A stretch of 64,000 nt of DNA, taken from NCBI GenBank assembly GCA_038237665.1, contig JBBRYK010000006.1, forward strand, positions 4,907 through 68,906, read 5' to 3'. Positions within the stretch are counted from its first letter, which is position 1. Every line of letters starts with the position of its first letter. Position numbers and translations under genes: made by a program. The notes under the pieces are model-generated. The model was not told the origin of the DNA, made no database searches, and was given only the letters and a program-made list of their open reading frames with translations. The stretch is from Gaiellales bacterium. GTDB taxonomy: Bacteria; Actinomycetota; Thermoleophilia; Gaiellales; Gaiellaceae. Below, one piece after another: positions 52,769 to 64,000 of the stretch.

Positions 52769-55700
52769 AGTGATGTGCAGGGGGAAGGGAAGAGGACACT
52801 TCGGTGGCGTTGGCCACCTCTCGGGCGAGAGGGGCGAGAGTGACCAGTTCCCGAACGACCAGGTTTTGATTCCGGTCGTGGCGCTCGAAGACACCGCGCG
52901 CCAGGATGAGCGGCTCTCCACGCACGATCGGCCGGTATCGCTCGTAGATCGGCGGAGGGACGATCAGGTTGACCTGGCCGTGCTCGTCCTCGAGCAACAT
53001 GAAGACGACGCCCTTGGCCGTCGCAGGCCGCTGGCGGGCGACTGCCATGCCGGCGACCTCGATTGCGGCGCCGTTCTCGACCCCGGACAGGTCGGCGCTC
53101 GACAGGACCCCGCTCGAAAGGTGCGGCCGGAGCAGGGCCAGGGGGTGCACGTCCGCCGAGAGGCTCGTGTGCCGATAGTCGGCCAGCATCCGCTCCCAGT
53201 CTGTCTGCTGGGGCAGGTCCGGAACAGCCGTCGTCGGCTCGATCGGCAAGACCAGCTGGCGCTCCTCGCCGCCCGAGCCGGGCACGCTCTGTGAGCGGGG
53301 TGTGAGGCCGAACTCCCAGAGCAGCTCGCGGCGAGGCCGGCCGAAAGCGTCGCATGCCCCGGCGGCCACGAGCGCCTCAAGCGACGGGCGATCGAGCGAG
53401 CTTCGCTGCGCGAGCTCGCGAACGCTGGCGAAGCGCCCTCCCCGCTTGCGTTCGTCGACGACCGCCTCGGCGTCCTTCTCGCCGAGCGAGCGGACGTAGC
53501 CGAGCCCGACACGGACGGCATCGTCCTCGAGCGAGCACTTGGCCGCGCTGACGTTGAGGTCGGGCGGCAGCACTGCCACACCGCGCCGCTGCCCGTCGCG
53601 GACGAGGCTCGCCGGCGGATAGAAGCCCATCGGCTGCGCGTTCAGGAGCGCGCACAGGAACTCGGCCGGATAGTGGTGGCGAAGCCAGGCCGACTGGTAG
53701 GCGAGCAGCCCGAACGCGGCCGCATGCGATTTCGGGAAGCCGAAGCCGGAGAAGCCGACGAGCTTGTCGTAGACGCGGTTCGCCGTCTCGGCGTCGACGC
53801 CCTTCGTCGCCGCGCCGGCGACGAAGCGCTCGCGGAAGGCCTCCAGCGCCTCCTCGCTCCGCTTCCGGCTCATCGCGCGCCGCAGGCCCTCGGCGTCACC
53901 GACCGAGAACCCGGCCAGCGCGATCGCCACCTCCAGCACCTGGTCCTGGAAGACGACCACGCCGAGCGTCTCTCGAAGCGGCTCGGCGAGCAGCGGATGG
54001 TCGACCGGCGGAACGAACGCGGGATCCTCTCGCAGCCGCTGGCGGTGAGCGATGTACGGATTGACGGCCTTGCCCTGGATCGGCCCCGGGCGGACCAGCG
54101 CCACCTGAACGGTCAGATCGTCCAGGTTCTCCGGACGCGTCCGCAGCAGGCTCTGCATCTGCGCACGACTCTCGATCTGGAAGTCGCCGACCGTATCCGC
54201 CTGCTGGATCTCGGCGTAGACCGCCTGGTCGTCGAGCGGGATCCGCGAGAGGTCGATCACCTCGCCCCGCTCGACCGCGATCTGCTCGACGCACTCCTCG
54301 ACCGCGGAAAGCATCCCGAGGCCGAGCAGGTCGATCTTCAGAAAGCCGGCATCCGCGCAGGAATCCTTGTCCCACTGGCAGATCTGGCGGCCTGCCATCG
54401 CAGCCGGCTGAACCGGCACGAGCTCCACCAGCGGACGGCTCGAGATGACCATGCCGCCGGGATGCTGGGAGATGTGCCGCGGCAGGCCGCCGATCTCAGC
54501 GCAGGCGTCGGCGAAAGCGCGCCAGCGGGGCGAGGCGAGCTTCGCCGCTCCGTCGGGAAGCGCAGCGAGCTCGTCGACGACGCGGCGCGGGTTGCCCTCG
54601 GTCAGCCGCGCGAGCCGTTCAAGCTCGCCGAAGGGAAGGCCGAGCGCCTTGCCGACGTCGCGGATCGCACCGCGCGCGTGATAGGTCGAGAACGTGGCGA
54701 CGAGGGCTGCATGCTCGCGCCCGTAGCGCTCGGTCGCGGCGACGATCAGCTTCTCGCGGATGTCGCGCGGAAAGTCGAGATCGATGTCCGGAACGGAGGC
54801 GAGATCGCGGTTGAGGAACCGCCCGATCGAGAGCCCCGCTTCGACCGGGTCGACGTGTGAAAGCCCCGTCAGGTAGCACACGATCGAACCGACCGAGCTT
54901 CCACGACCCCTCCCCGGCGGCAGGACGCGCCGCGGCGACCCGGCTCCCCTGACCTCCCGCGCGACCTCCTGGGCCAGTTCGAGCACCTCCCAGTGCAGGA
55001 GGAAGAAGCCCGCGAGGCCGAGCTCGTCGATCAGCACCAGCTCCTCGTCGAGACGCCGGCGCGCCCGCCGCTTCAGGCCGTTCGCGCCCTCGTAGCGGTC
55101 CCGGAATGCGTGGTCGCAGACCCGCGTGAGCTGTGCGATCGCCGGCTCGTCGCCGTCGGAGAAGTCGGGGTAGCGGTAGCCGAGCTCCTGCGTCAGGTCG
55201 AACTCGAGACGCTCACCGAGCTCGACCGTGCGCGCGACGGCGTCGCGGGCGTCCGGGAAGCGCTCGGCCATCTCGCCGGGCGGACGGAGGACGCATTCGC
55301 GGTTGCCGCGGCGCTCGCGCTCGCAGCCGTCGAGCGAGGTGCGGTTCCGGATCGCCACGAGGACGTCCTGGAGGGGCACGCGGCGGTCGTGGTGCGCGTG
55401 GACGTCGCCGGTCGCAATCGTCTTCACGCCGAGCGCCTCGGCCAGGTCTCGGAGTGCCGCGTTGCGTCGTGCATCGCCCCGCTCGTAGGGCCGTTGGAGC
55501 TCGACGAAGAAGCGGTCGCGGCCGAAGGCGCGGGCGAGCCCGGCCGAAGCGTTGGGATCGTGGACGGCGAGCCCCTCGCGGGCGCAGCCGGATAGGCAAA
55601 CGAGCCCGTCGTTCAGCTCGGCCAAAAGTGTGGGATCCAGCGCAGGTGGAAGAGGCTCTCTGTTTGCGTTCCGCGTCGGGGGAACCTCTCGGTTCCCCCG

Positions 55701-56054
55701 AACCCCCTCCCCTGGTCCGCTGGCGCGGACAGGCCGCTGCGCGGCCTCTTTGACCCTTGTCCCCGCATGCGCCGCGGTCAGCAGCCGGCAGAGGTTGGCG
55801 TAGCCGCGAGCGGTCTCGACGAGGAGCGTGACATGGCACCCGCCGGCGAGCGTGACCTCGGCGCCGGTGATCGGTCGGACGCCGAACGCCTTGGCCGCCT
55901 GCGCGAACTCGAGCGACCCGCTGACGCCGTCGTGGTCGGTCAGTGCCAGGGCCTCGTAGCCGAGCTCCGCCGCGCGGACGACGAGTTCTTCCGGCCGCGA
56001 AGCCCCGTCCAGGAACGAATACGCGGAGTGCGCGTGCAGCTCGACGTACCCCAT
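52755..56054 (-). CDS. dnaE2: error-prone DNA polymerase III alpha-like subunit (DnaE2/ImuC)
   Basis: 1099 aa: [39 protein letters not shown] (PHP domain), with a pol III alpha core. Context with imuB. Confidence 0.9.
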   Translation of the reverse strand: MGYVELHAHSAYSFLDGASRPEELVVRAAELGYEALALTDHDGVSGSLEFAQAAKAFGVRPITGAEVTLAGGCHVTLLVETARGYANLCRLLTAAHAGTRVKEAAQRPVRASGPGEGVRGNREVPPTRNANREPLPPALDPTLLAELNDGLVCLSGCAREGLAVHDPNASAGLARAFGRDRFFVELQRPYERGDARRNAALRDLAEALGVKTIATGDVHAHHDRRVPLQDVLVAIRNRTSLDGCERERRGNRECVLRPPGEMAERFPDARDAVARTVELGERLEFDLTQELGYRYPDFSDGDEPAIAQLTRVCDHAFRDRYEGANGLKRRARRRLDEELVLIDELGLAGFFLLHWEVLELAQEVAREVRGAGSPRRVLPPGRGRGSSVGSIVCYLTGLSHVDPVEAGLSIGRFLNRDLASVPDIDLDFPRDIREKLIVAATERYGREHAALVATFSTYHARGAIRDVGKALGLPFGELERLARLTEGNPRRVVDELAALPDGAAKLASPRWRAFADACAEIGGLPRHISQHPGGMVISSRPLVELVPVQPAAMAGRQICQWDKDSCADAGFLKIDLLGLGMLSAVEECVEQIAVERGEVIDLSRIPLDDQAVYAEIQQADTVGDFQIESRAQMQSLLRTRPENLDDLTVQVALVRPGPIQGKAVNPYIAHRQRLREDPAFVPPVDHPLLAEPLRETLGVVVFQDQVLEVAIALAGFSVGDAEGLRRAMSRKRSEEALEAFRERFVAGAATKGVDAETANRVYDKLVGFSGFGFPKSHAAAFGLLAYQSAWLRHHYPAEFLCALLNAQPMGFYPPASLVRDGQRRGVAVLPPDLNVSAAKCSLEDDAVRVGLGYVRSLGEKDAEAVVDERKRGGRFASVRELAQRSSLDRPSLEALVAAGACDAFGRPRRELLWEFGLTPRSQSVPGSGGEERQLVLPIEPTTAVPDLPQQTDWERMLADYRHTSLSADVHPLALLRPHLSSGVLSSADLSGVENGAAIEVAGMAVARQRPATAKGVVFMLLEDEHGQVNLIVPPPIYERYRPIVRGEPLILARGVFERHDRNQNLVVRELVTLAPLAREVANATEVSSSLPPAHHFGHR

Positions 56055-56065
56055 ACTCAGCGGTG

Positions 56066-56380
56066 ATGGATCCGCAGGCCCGGTACGACGAGATCTGCGA
56101 CGACCTCGTTGCCCGTGACCCCGACGTCGTGCTCGGCCAGATGATGGGAATGCCGGCGATCAAGCGGGGCGGGAAGATGATCGGCGGCTTCTGGCGCGAG
56201 CACATGGTCTTCAAGCTCCCCGATGAAGGGCAGCGCGCGGCTGCTCTCGCACTCGACGGCGCGGCCCTCTTCGACCCGTCCGAGCGAGGCCGGCCGATGA
56301 AGGAATGGGTCGCCGTGCCGGCGCACCATGCCGACCGGTGGTCCGACCTCGCCGATCAGGCCGCCTCCTCCTGGCGTTAG
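56066..56380 (+). CDS. TfoX N-terminal-domain-like small protein
   Basis: 104 aa from the ATG at 56066: ...GQMMGMPAIKRGGKMIGGFWREHMVFKLPDEGQ...GAALFDPSERGRPMKEWVAVP. Third-position GC is high, as in real genes here. The antisense 119-aa ORF looks like a shadow. Confidence 0.6.
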   Translation: MDPQARYDEICDDLVARDPDVVLGQMMGMPAIKRGGKMIGGFWREHMVFKLPDEGQRAAALALDGAALFDPSERGRPMKEWVAVPAHHADRWSDLADQAASSWR

Positions 56381-56412
56381 GGCGTCAAGCGGCCCGTGCG
56401 CGACCGCGAGGC

Positions 56413-56646
56413 TCACGCGCGCTGGGCGAACCAGCCGCCGTTCTCTTCATCCCTGAAGACGACCTTGTTCTCGCCGCCCTCTAGCACGACCTCGAAGTAG
56501 CGCCGGCTGACCGGCTCCTCCGTCCACCAGCGGTCGACCACCCTCCACTCCTCGCGGACCAGCGCTACCGGCTGGCGGTTCACCTCCCACGGAGTGCCGT
56601 CGAACGTGGCTTCGACGAGCGCCGGGCGTGGAGCGTTGAGCCGCAT
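56413..56646 (-). CDS. small conserved protein between imuB and dnaE2 (DUF6504-like candidate)
   Basis: 77 aa: MRLNAPRPALVEATFDGTPWEVNRQPVALVREEWRVVDRWWTEEPVSRRYFEVVLEGG. Begins 31 nt after the imuB stop. Confidence 0.6.
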   Translation of the reverse strand: MRLNAPRPALVEATFDGTPWEVNRQPVALVREEWRVVDRWWTEEPVSRRYFEVVLEGGENKVVFRDEENGGWFAQRA

Positions 56647-56677
56647 GGGTTGTGAATTGAGCGATCGTCCAGGCACA

Positions 56678-57859
56678 TCACTCCTTCGGCACGAGGAGTG
56701 CTCGTTGCTCGGGGATGCGCGACCACGGAGCAACCTCCACGACCGTGCAGACTGCGCCGGCCCCTGCGCTCGCCCGCGCCTGACGCAGTCCTTCCTTGAG
56801 GCGAACCCGCAGCTCGTCGCCTTCCGGACGCACGAGCTCGAGCTGGCGTCCGGTCGAATCGCCGAGCTCGGCAAGCTCCAGCTTGAGCTTCAGCACCGGT
56901 GCCGTCAGCTCTGTGAGCTTGGGCCCGATCGCCGCCCGGAGCCGGGCAACCTCGGCGGTGGCCTCTCGCAACGTCACCGTCCGCCGCCACGAGCCTCCCC
57001 CGACAAGCCGCGCCGAGACAGCGACCTTGCGCGGCTCGCGCCCTGCCCGTTCAGGCCGTGCAAGTAGGCGATCGAGCAGCGCCCAGAGCGCCCGCCGCAG
57101 GGTCAACTCGTTCCCGACCGCCTCGGGGAATTCGAGCAGCTCGGCGAGCTCGGCCGCCGGACGCCGCGCGTCGACCTTTCCCGATGCACCACCTCTCGCC
57201 AGACTCCAGGCGCGGCGGCCGTCCGGCCCCAAACGGTCGGCCACAGCCGCGCCCGGAAGCCCGGCAAGCTCTCCCAGCGTGCGCACACCCAGCTCAGCGA
57301 GCTCCTCCCGCCGATCGGACTCGAGCGGTAGGAGCGTGAGCGGGAGCGGCGCGAGGAAATCTCGAGTGCGCTCGCCGGCTACGACGAGGATCTGACCCGG
57401 CCGCGCCACGCTCGCCGCTGCGAGGGCTGCGAAGCGGCGATCGGCGGCTCCGGCGCGTGGGTCCCACTGTGAGCCGACGGACGCAATCGCCCGGCGCAGC
57501 GCTCGCTCGACACCGCCGTAGAGCCGTTCCACGCCACGCGTGTCGAAATAGGCACAGCCCGGCTCGTCCGGCTCGATCCCGAAGCCTGCGTCCTCGAGGC
57601 GGCGGAGAACTCCCTCCCACTCCTGTTCGGCGCTCGCCGGATCGTGCTCGACGAGAACGAGCGACGGACACATCGCGAGCGCCTCGCCCAGCCGCATCGC
57701 GGGCCGAACGCCTGCCTTCTCGGCCGCAGCCGTGACCGGGCCGAGCCGCGGCTCCGTTCCGGGAACCGGCGCGAGCGCTGCAGGCCCGAGCGCAAGAGAT
57801 GGCCGCCGCAGTAGCGCCGCTCGAAGCTCGAAGCCGGGAATGAGGATGCAGGCGATCAT
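56678..57859 (-). CDS. imuB: Y-family-polymerase-like mutasome protein ImuB
   Basis: 393 aa from MIACILIPGFELRAALLRRP. UmuC/DinB-like fold without the acidic catalytic triad pattern, upstream of dnaE2. Confidence 0.85.
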   Translation of the reverse strand: MIACILIPGFELRAALLRRPSLALGPAALAPVPGTEPRLGPVTAAAEKAGVRPAMRLGEALAMCPSLVLVEHDPASAEQEWEGVLRRLEDAGFGIEPDEPGCAYFDTRGVERLYGGVERALRRAIASVGSQWDPRAGAADRRFAALAAASVARPGQILVVAGERTRDFLAPLPLTLLPLESDRREELAELGVRTLGELAGLPGAAVADRLGPDGRRAWSLARGGASGKVDARRPAAELAELLEFPEAVGNELTLRRALWALLDRLLARPERAGREPRKVAVSARLVGGGSWRRTVTLREATAEVARLRAAIGPKLTELTAPVLKLKLELAELGDSTGRQLELVRPEGDELRVRLKEGLRQARASAGAGAVCTVVEVAPWSRIPEQRALLVPKE

Positions 57860-57892
57860 GGGAACGTATGTTCTACCAGAACATACGTTCCC
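57860..57892. promoter_or_regulatory. double LexA (SOS / Cheo-type) box
   Basis: Perfect 33-bp palindrome GGGAACGTATGTTCT-ACC-AGAACATACGTTCCC. It contains two GAAC-N4-GTTC boxes (57862-57873 and 57879-57890) and directly abuts the imuB ATG. Confidence 0.7.
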
Positions 57893-57918
57893 CTGCAAGA
57901 GTGTCCTAAACCGGCACC

Positions 57919-59023
57919 TCAGGGACGCAGGAGCTCGGCCAGCGCAGCGTGCCCTCCGAAGTCCGCCCACCCCCAGGCAGGCCCGTCGTGGAGCAGGTCC
58001 TGGATCGTCGGGTCGGCGCCGCCCTCGAGCAGAGCCTCGACCGCTTGCCGATGGCCACCCTGAGCCGCGAGATGCAGGGCCGTGACCCCCTCGCCGTGGG
58101 TCGGGCCGCCGAACGTTCCTCTGAGGTTCGGGTCGGCGCCGAGCTCGAGCAGCCGCCGGATCGCCGCTACGCGGCCGTTCGCGGCCGCCCAGGTGAGGGC
58201 GGTGCCGCGATAGGGGTCGGCGTCGAGCCGCGCGCCGAGCTCGACGAGCAGGTCGAGCGCCTCGACGCGGTCGCTCTTCGCCGCCCACACGAGCGCCTCG
58301 TCGAGTATCTCCTGCGGGTCGTCCGAGGGCTCCCAGGCCGGGAAGCCGCCATGGGGCCGGTAGAACGCCCGATGCGCGCCCGCCTCGGGCGTCCCGGCCA
58401 GTCGGCGAATCTCGTCCACCAGTCCGAGCCCGGCGGCCACACGAAGGTTCCCCGGCGCCCGGCCCAGCACGTCCACGACGTCACGGTGCCCCCAGAACAG
58501 CGCGACGAACCACAGGCGTCCCGCCGTCACCGCGGGCCGAGAGTCCGGGGTCTGCGCCGGCGCCCAGGAGGAGCTCCGCGAGCTCACGTTGATCTGAATA
58601 CCCGGCCTGGTGGAGCGCCGTCCAGTCGTACTCGTTGCCGCGGTTCGGGTCGGCGCCTCGCTTCAGCAAGAGCCGGACCAGGTCGAGGTCGCACGTGGCC
58701 GCGGCCATTCCGAGAAGATCGTTGCCATTCGTCCCGCGCGTGTGAACGAGCTCCGGGTGGCGATCGAGCAGCCGCACCAGCTCGGCCTTGTCGCCCGCCT
58801 CGAGCGCCCGATAGGCCAGCATGAAGGGGGGTGGCGGTTCGCTCCCGTCCCTCAGTGCCTCGACATGCTGACGGAGCAGGTCCCAGCTGGCGAAGCCGTG
58901 CCTTCGCGCCAGCTCGCCTCTCGCCTCGTCCTCGCCGATCCCCGCGACGGTCGCGATTCCCGCCGCGCGCCCCTCGTAGTAATCGAGGTCGGTGTGGAAC
59001 GGTTGCTCCGCGTCCACGCTCAA
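57919..59023 (-). pseudogene. ankyrin-repeat protein gene split by a 1-nt frameshift
   Basis: ORFs 58481-59023 and 57919-58587 join into one ankyrin-repeat protein: ...LSARGDGGTP | LWFVALFWGHRDVVDVL.... The frame changes at about 58513-58520. Confidence 0.65.
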
Positions 59024-59212
59024 TGTCCCTTCAGGAGATGATTTCTACGTCCCAGCGAACCGATCCGCTAGCAAGTTGCGCATTCTTCCCCACAACCGGA
59101 CAAGGAGGCTGCCATGCGTTCCACGCAGGCACACCGCCAGTCCGGGTCGGGGGCTGAAGGGCTACAACGAGCTCCTGCCTGTCGTTCCTGCCCGAGGCCC
59201 ATTGATCGGTCG

Positions 59213-59243
59213 GGGGAGCCTTGCGCCAAGCGCGGGGCTCCCC
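59213..59243 (-). terminator. stem-loop immediately after glpK
   Basis: GGGGAGCC-TT-GCGC-CAA-GCGC-G-GGCTCCCC extended hairpin, 3 nt past the glpK TAG. No U-tract. Confidence 0.4.
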
Positions 59244-59245
59244 TG

Positions 59246-60652
59246 CTAATGCAACAGCGCGCGCCGCACCGCGAGCCGCCAGCCCTCGCGGAGCGTTTCG
59301 GCCTCGTCGCGGCCGATCCGAGGCTCGTAGACGGCCCCCGGGCGAAGCAGCGACCGCACCTCCGCCAGATCCGGCCACAGGCCGACGCCCAGACCCGCGA
59401 GCGCAGCCGCACCGAGTGCCGTCGTCTCCCGCTCTGCTGCGACCTCGATCGGCAGGCCGAGCAGGTCGGCCTGGAACTGGAGCAGGAACGTGTTCCGGGC
59501 CGCTCCGCCGTCGGCGCGCAACGCCTGCAGCTCGAGCGGCAGCGCCTCGACCACGTCGGCCACCTGAAAGGCGACCGCCTCGAGGGTCGCGCGCACGAGC
59601 TGGGCGCCGGTCGTGCTCCGCGTGATGCCGGTGATCAAGCCGCGGGCCTCGGGATCCCAGTAGGGCGAGCCGAGTCCCGCCAGCGCCGGAACGAAGACGA
59701 CGCCGCCCGAGGAATCGACACTCTCCGCAATCGCCTCGGTCTCGGCAGCGTCCGTAAACAGACCCAGCCCGTCTCGAAGCCACTGCACGGCGGCGCCGCT
59801 TGCCAACACGGCTCCCTCGAGCGCAAAGCCGGCGGGCGCGGCGGCCGTCTTCAGCAGCCCGTCCGGGGCCGGCTCGCGCGAGTCGCCCACGTGCGCCAGG
59901 AGGAAGCTGCCGGTTCCGTACGTGACCTTCGCTTCACCCGGTTCGAAGCAGCCCTGTCCGACGAGCGCCGCCTGCTGGTCACCGGCGATCCCCGAGAGCG
60001 GCGCGCGCAGGCCCAGCAGCTCTGCCTCGCCGACGACCTCGGCCGATCCGCTGATCCGCGGCAGAACGGCGCGTGGAACCGCGAAGAGGTCGAGGAGCTC
60101 GTCGTCCCAACCGCCGGCGTCGAGCCCGAAGAGGAGCGTCCGCGAGGCGTTCGTCCGGTCGGTGGCGTGCTCGCCCGTCAGCTTCCAGACGAGCCAGGAG
60201 TCGACCGTTCCAAAAGCGAGCTCCTCTGCAGCCTGCTCGGAGCGGGCCAGCAGCCATTCCAGCTTCGTCGCCGAGAAGTACGGATCGGGGACGAGCCCTG
60301 TTCGCTCACGGATCAGCTCGGGCGGAAGCTCACGGCAGCGCTCGGCCGTTCGCCGGTCCTGCCAGACGATCGCGGGCGCAGCGGCGATTCCCGTGGCGCG
60401 GTCCCAGAGCACGGTCGTCTCCCGCTGATTCGCAATCCCGATCGCCCGCACCGTTGGCCGGCCGGCCGCGGCGAGGGCGTCGGCCGCGGCCCCCTCGACG
60501 CTCGTCCAGATCTCCTCCGGGTCGTGCTCGACCCACCCCGGCTGCGGGAAGTGCTGTGGCAGCTCGCGGTAACCGCGTCCGACCACCTGCAGCCCGTCGT
60601 CGACGACCAGGCAGGTCGTACCGGTCGTGCCCTGATCGATGGCGAGGATCAC
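59246..60652 (-). CDS. glpK: glycerol kinase
   Basis: 468 aa from GTG (ILAIDQGTTGTT), with ANQRETT, DQQAAL.GQ and YGTG.F motifs. The longer track ORF is rejected. Confidence 0.85.
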   Translation of the reverse strand: MILAIDQGTTGTTCLVVDDGLQVVGRGYRELPQHFPQPGWVEHDPEEIWTSVEGAAADALAAAGRPTVRAIGIANQRETTVLWDRATGIAAAPAIVWQDRRTAERCRELPPELIRERTGLVPDPYFSATKLEWLLARSEQAAEELAFGTVDSWLVWKLTGEHATDRTNASRTLLFGLDAGGWDDELLDLFAVPRAVLPRISGSAEVVGEAELLGLRAPLSGIAGDQQAALVGQGCFEPGEAKVTYGTGSFLLAHVGDSREPAPDGLLKTAAAPAGFALEGAVLASGAAVQWLRDGLGLFTDAAETEAIAESVDSSGGVVFVPALAGLGSPYWDPEARGLITGITRSTTGAQLVRATLEAVAFQVADVVEALPLELQALRADGGAARNTFLLQFQADLLGLPIEVAAERETTALGAAALAGLGVGLWPDLAEVRSLLRPGAVYEPRIGRDEAETLREGWRLAVRRALLH

Positions 60653-60668
60653 GCGATCCTCGACCCTG

Positions 60669-62796
<2,128 letters not shown>

Positions 62797-62810
62797 CTCG
62801 TAATTCTCAC

Positions 62811-62888
62811 CTTCCTGCGCCGGCATGACCCGGATCAGGTTCAGACGGTCGGCGGCTGCGCCGCCCTCTCAGCCGATGGGCTCCCGTG
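62811..62888 (-). promoter_or_regulatory. TPP (THI-box) riboswitch
   Basis: Minus-strand reading: CACGGGAGCCCATCGGCTGAGAGGGCGGC...GCCGCCGACCGTCTGAACCTGATCCGGGTCATGCCGGCGCAGGAAG. It contains the conserved CUGAGA and ACCUGAUCCGG.U.AUGCCGGCG elements, just upstream of thiO. Confidence 0.8.
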
Positions 62889-62912
62889 CGCCGCAATGGT
62901 AGCTTCGGCGCC

Positions 62913-63527
62913 GTGCGCCGCGAAGCTCTCGCCGCTGCCCGCCTCTACTTCGTCGTCGATCTCCGCGCCGAGACGGAGCGGATCGTCCGAGCGGCGCTCG
63001 AGGGCGGTGCCGACATCGTCCAGCTTCGCGACAAGGAAGCACCCGACGACGAGCTCCTCACCGCGGGACGGCGGCTTGCCGCACTCAGCCGCTCCCACGG
63101 GGCGCTCTTCATCCTCAACGACCGGCCCGACCTTGCGGTCGCCTGCGACGCCGACGGCGTCCACGTCGGTCAGGAGGATCTGACCGTCGCCGGCGCACGC
63201 GAACTGGTCGGACCGGAGCGCCTGATCGGCCTGTCGACCCACTCCCGCGAGCAGTTGGCCGCCGCGGAGGGCGTCGACTACGTCAGCGTCGGCCCGGTCT
63301 GGGAGACGCCGACGAAGGAGGGACGACCCGCGGTCGGCCTCGAGCTCGTGCGCTTCGGGGCCGGCGAGGCGCGGTTCCCGTTCTTCGCGATCGGCGGGAT
63401 CGACGAGGCCAACGTCGCCGACGTCGTCGAGGCCGGGGCCACGCGCATCGCCATCGTGCGGGCAATCCGCGACGCCGCGGATCCCGGCGAGGCCACCCGC
63501 CGCCTTCGCGCCTCGTTGCCTGCGTAG
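62913..63527 (+). CDS. thiE: thiamine-phosphate synthase
   Basis: LYFVVD, VQLRDK, ILNDRPDLA, GVHVGQED, GLSTH and IGGI motifs. GTG 62913 is preferred; the track start at 62886 would overlap the riboswitch. Confidence 0.85.
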   Translation: MRREALAAARLYFVVDLRAETERIVRAALEGGADIVQLRDKEAPDDELLTAGRRLAALSRSHGALFILNDRPDLAVACDADGVHVGQEDLTVAGARELVGPERLIGLSTHSREQLAAAEGVDYVSVGPVWETPTKEGRPAVGLELVRFGAGEARFPFFAIGGIDEANVADVVEAGATRIAIVRAIRDAADPGEATRRLRASLPA

Positions 63528-63590
63528 ACAACGATTCTTGGCCGTCTCAACCGCTGACCCACCCGCCCTAGCGGACGGGCTCAGTCCAGC

Positions 63591-63640
63591 CACGACCGGG
63601 GTCTGGCCCCGGACGTGGCCGCCGCCGACGTGGCCGCTTC
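63591..63640. repeat. single-arm copy of the palindromic repeat family seen at 39586-39751
   Basis: CACGACCGGGGTCTGGCCCCGGACGTGGCCGCCGCCGACGTGGCC shares the core CGGGGTCTGGCCCC and the flanking GAC(A)CGT-type octamer layout with the right arm at 39692-39751. Confidence 0.45.
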
Positions 63641-63842
63641 GGGCTAAAGGGCCCTGATCTCGGCCGCTGGACCGATCATGCCGGTGTAGTGGCGCTCCTG
63701 CGCAGCGGCCGCCAGAGCCCGCAGGTTGATCGCGCGCACCACCCCGGCGACGACAGCGACCGGCGCCGACACGGCTTCTTCAGGCGTGAACCCGACGTCC
63801 ACTCGCACAGGCCGGGGTACGCTACGGCGCGGCCCCGTGACG

Positions 63843-64000
63843 ATGTACTGCTACCGCCACCCCGACCGGGAAACCGGTCTCTCGTGCTCGGAGTGCGGGC
63901 GGCCGATCTGCGTGGACTGCATGACTGCGGCGCCCGTCGGCATCCGGTGTCCCGAGCACTCGGGCAAGGCGAGCGGTCCGCAACGGGTTACCCAGACGGT
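63843..64000 (+). CDS. rhomboid-family protease, N-terminal zinc-ribbon part (runs off the window end)
   Basis: Own translation from the ATG at 63843: MYCYRHPDRETGLSCSECGRPICVDCMTAAPVGIRCPEHSGK. This is the typical N-terminus of actinobacterial rhomboid proteases. There is no stop in the window. Confidence 0.55.
   Translation, partial: MYCYRHPDRETGLSCSECGRPICVDCMTAAPVGIRCPEHSGKASGPQRVTQT

Noticed and set aside
59100-59245. Strong-looking SD (AAGGAGG) plus ATG at 59114 on the plus strand.
   Set aside because: The ORF it opens runs antisense through all of glpK with shadow-type composition. It is most likely coincidental, or at most a very short peptide that I cannot support.
63644-63808. 52-54-aa minus-strand ORF (V..VDVGFTPEEAVSAPVAVVAGVVRAINLRALAAAAQERHYTGMIGPAAEIRAL) between thiE and the rhomboid gene.
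   Set aside because: Codon usage is compatible with coding, but I recognise no family and it is below the track cutoff. There is not enough evidence to call it.

Overview
Very GC-rich bacterial chromosome segment with actinobacterial-type gene order; GC was judged by eye, not computed. Almost all genes are on the minus strand. Many long ORFs in the track are GC-driven shadows or over-extended N-termini, so I re-derived starts by residue counting. Two parts. (1) Positions 1089-27055 look like a ~26 kb genomic island inserted in tRNA-Pro(GGG). It is bounded by an exact 29-nt direct repeat and carries a truncated, frameshifted integrase next to the intact tRNA. Its cargo is an 18-gene, 17.7 kb co-directional array: a Liv-type ABC importer, aryl-alcohol and aldehyde dehydrogenases, pobA, pcaHGBDC and pcaIJ, then a ligase, an amidase and an amidohydrolase. 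The island also holds an IclR regulator, a MetE-like protein, a mosaic of gene fragments with an IS110-like remnant, and a two-component system with a triple-repeat secreted protein and a CHRD protein. (2) Positions 27.1-64 kb are core genome: proS, ispG, rseP, dxr, cdsA, uppS, frr, pyrH, tsf, rpsB, rluD, lspA, the divIVA-yggT-sepF-yggS-pgeF block, a DHH-CBS-CCA fusion, ridA, an IGPD-like protein, murA, an imuB/dnaE2 mutasome behind a double LexA box, glpK, and thiOSG/thiE with a TPP riboswitch. I found no clear-cut new defence-type system. Things worth a second look: the island; probable CTG initiation codons embedded in CTGA stop/start overlaps (pobA, rluD, possibly lspA); a WxL-like secreted gene pair inserted in the dxr-rseP-ispG block; a ~166-nt palindromic repeat element with a third partial copy; an interrupted mutasome cassette without imuA; an IGPD-like protein lacking metal ligands; and several pseudogenes. 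No CRISPR array or rRNA was seen. All family assignments come from motif recognition by eye and need HMM/BLAST confirmation.
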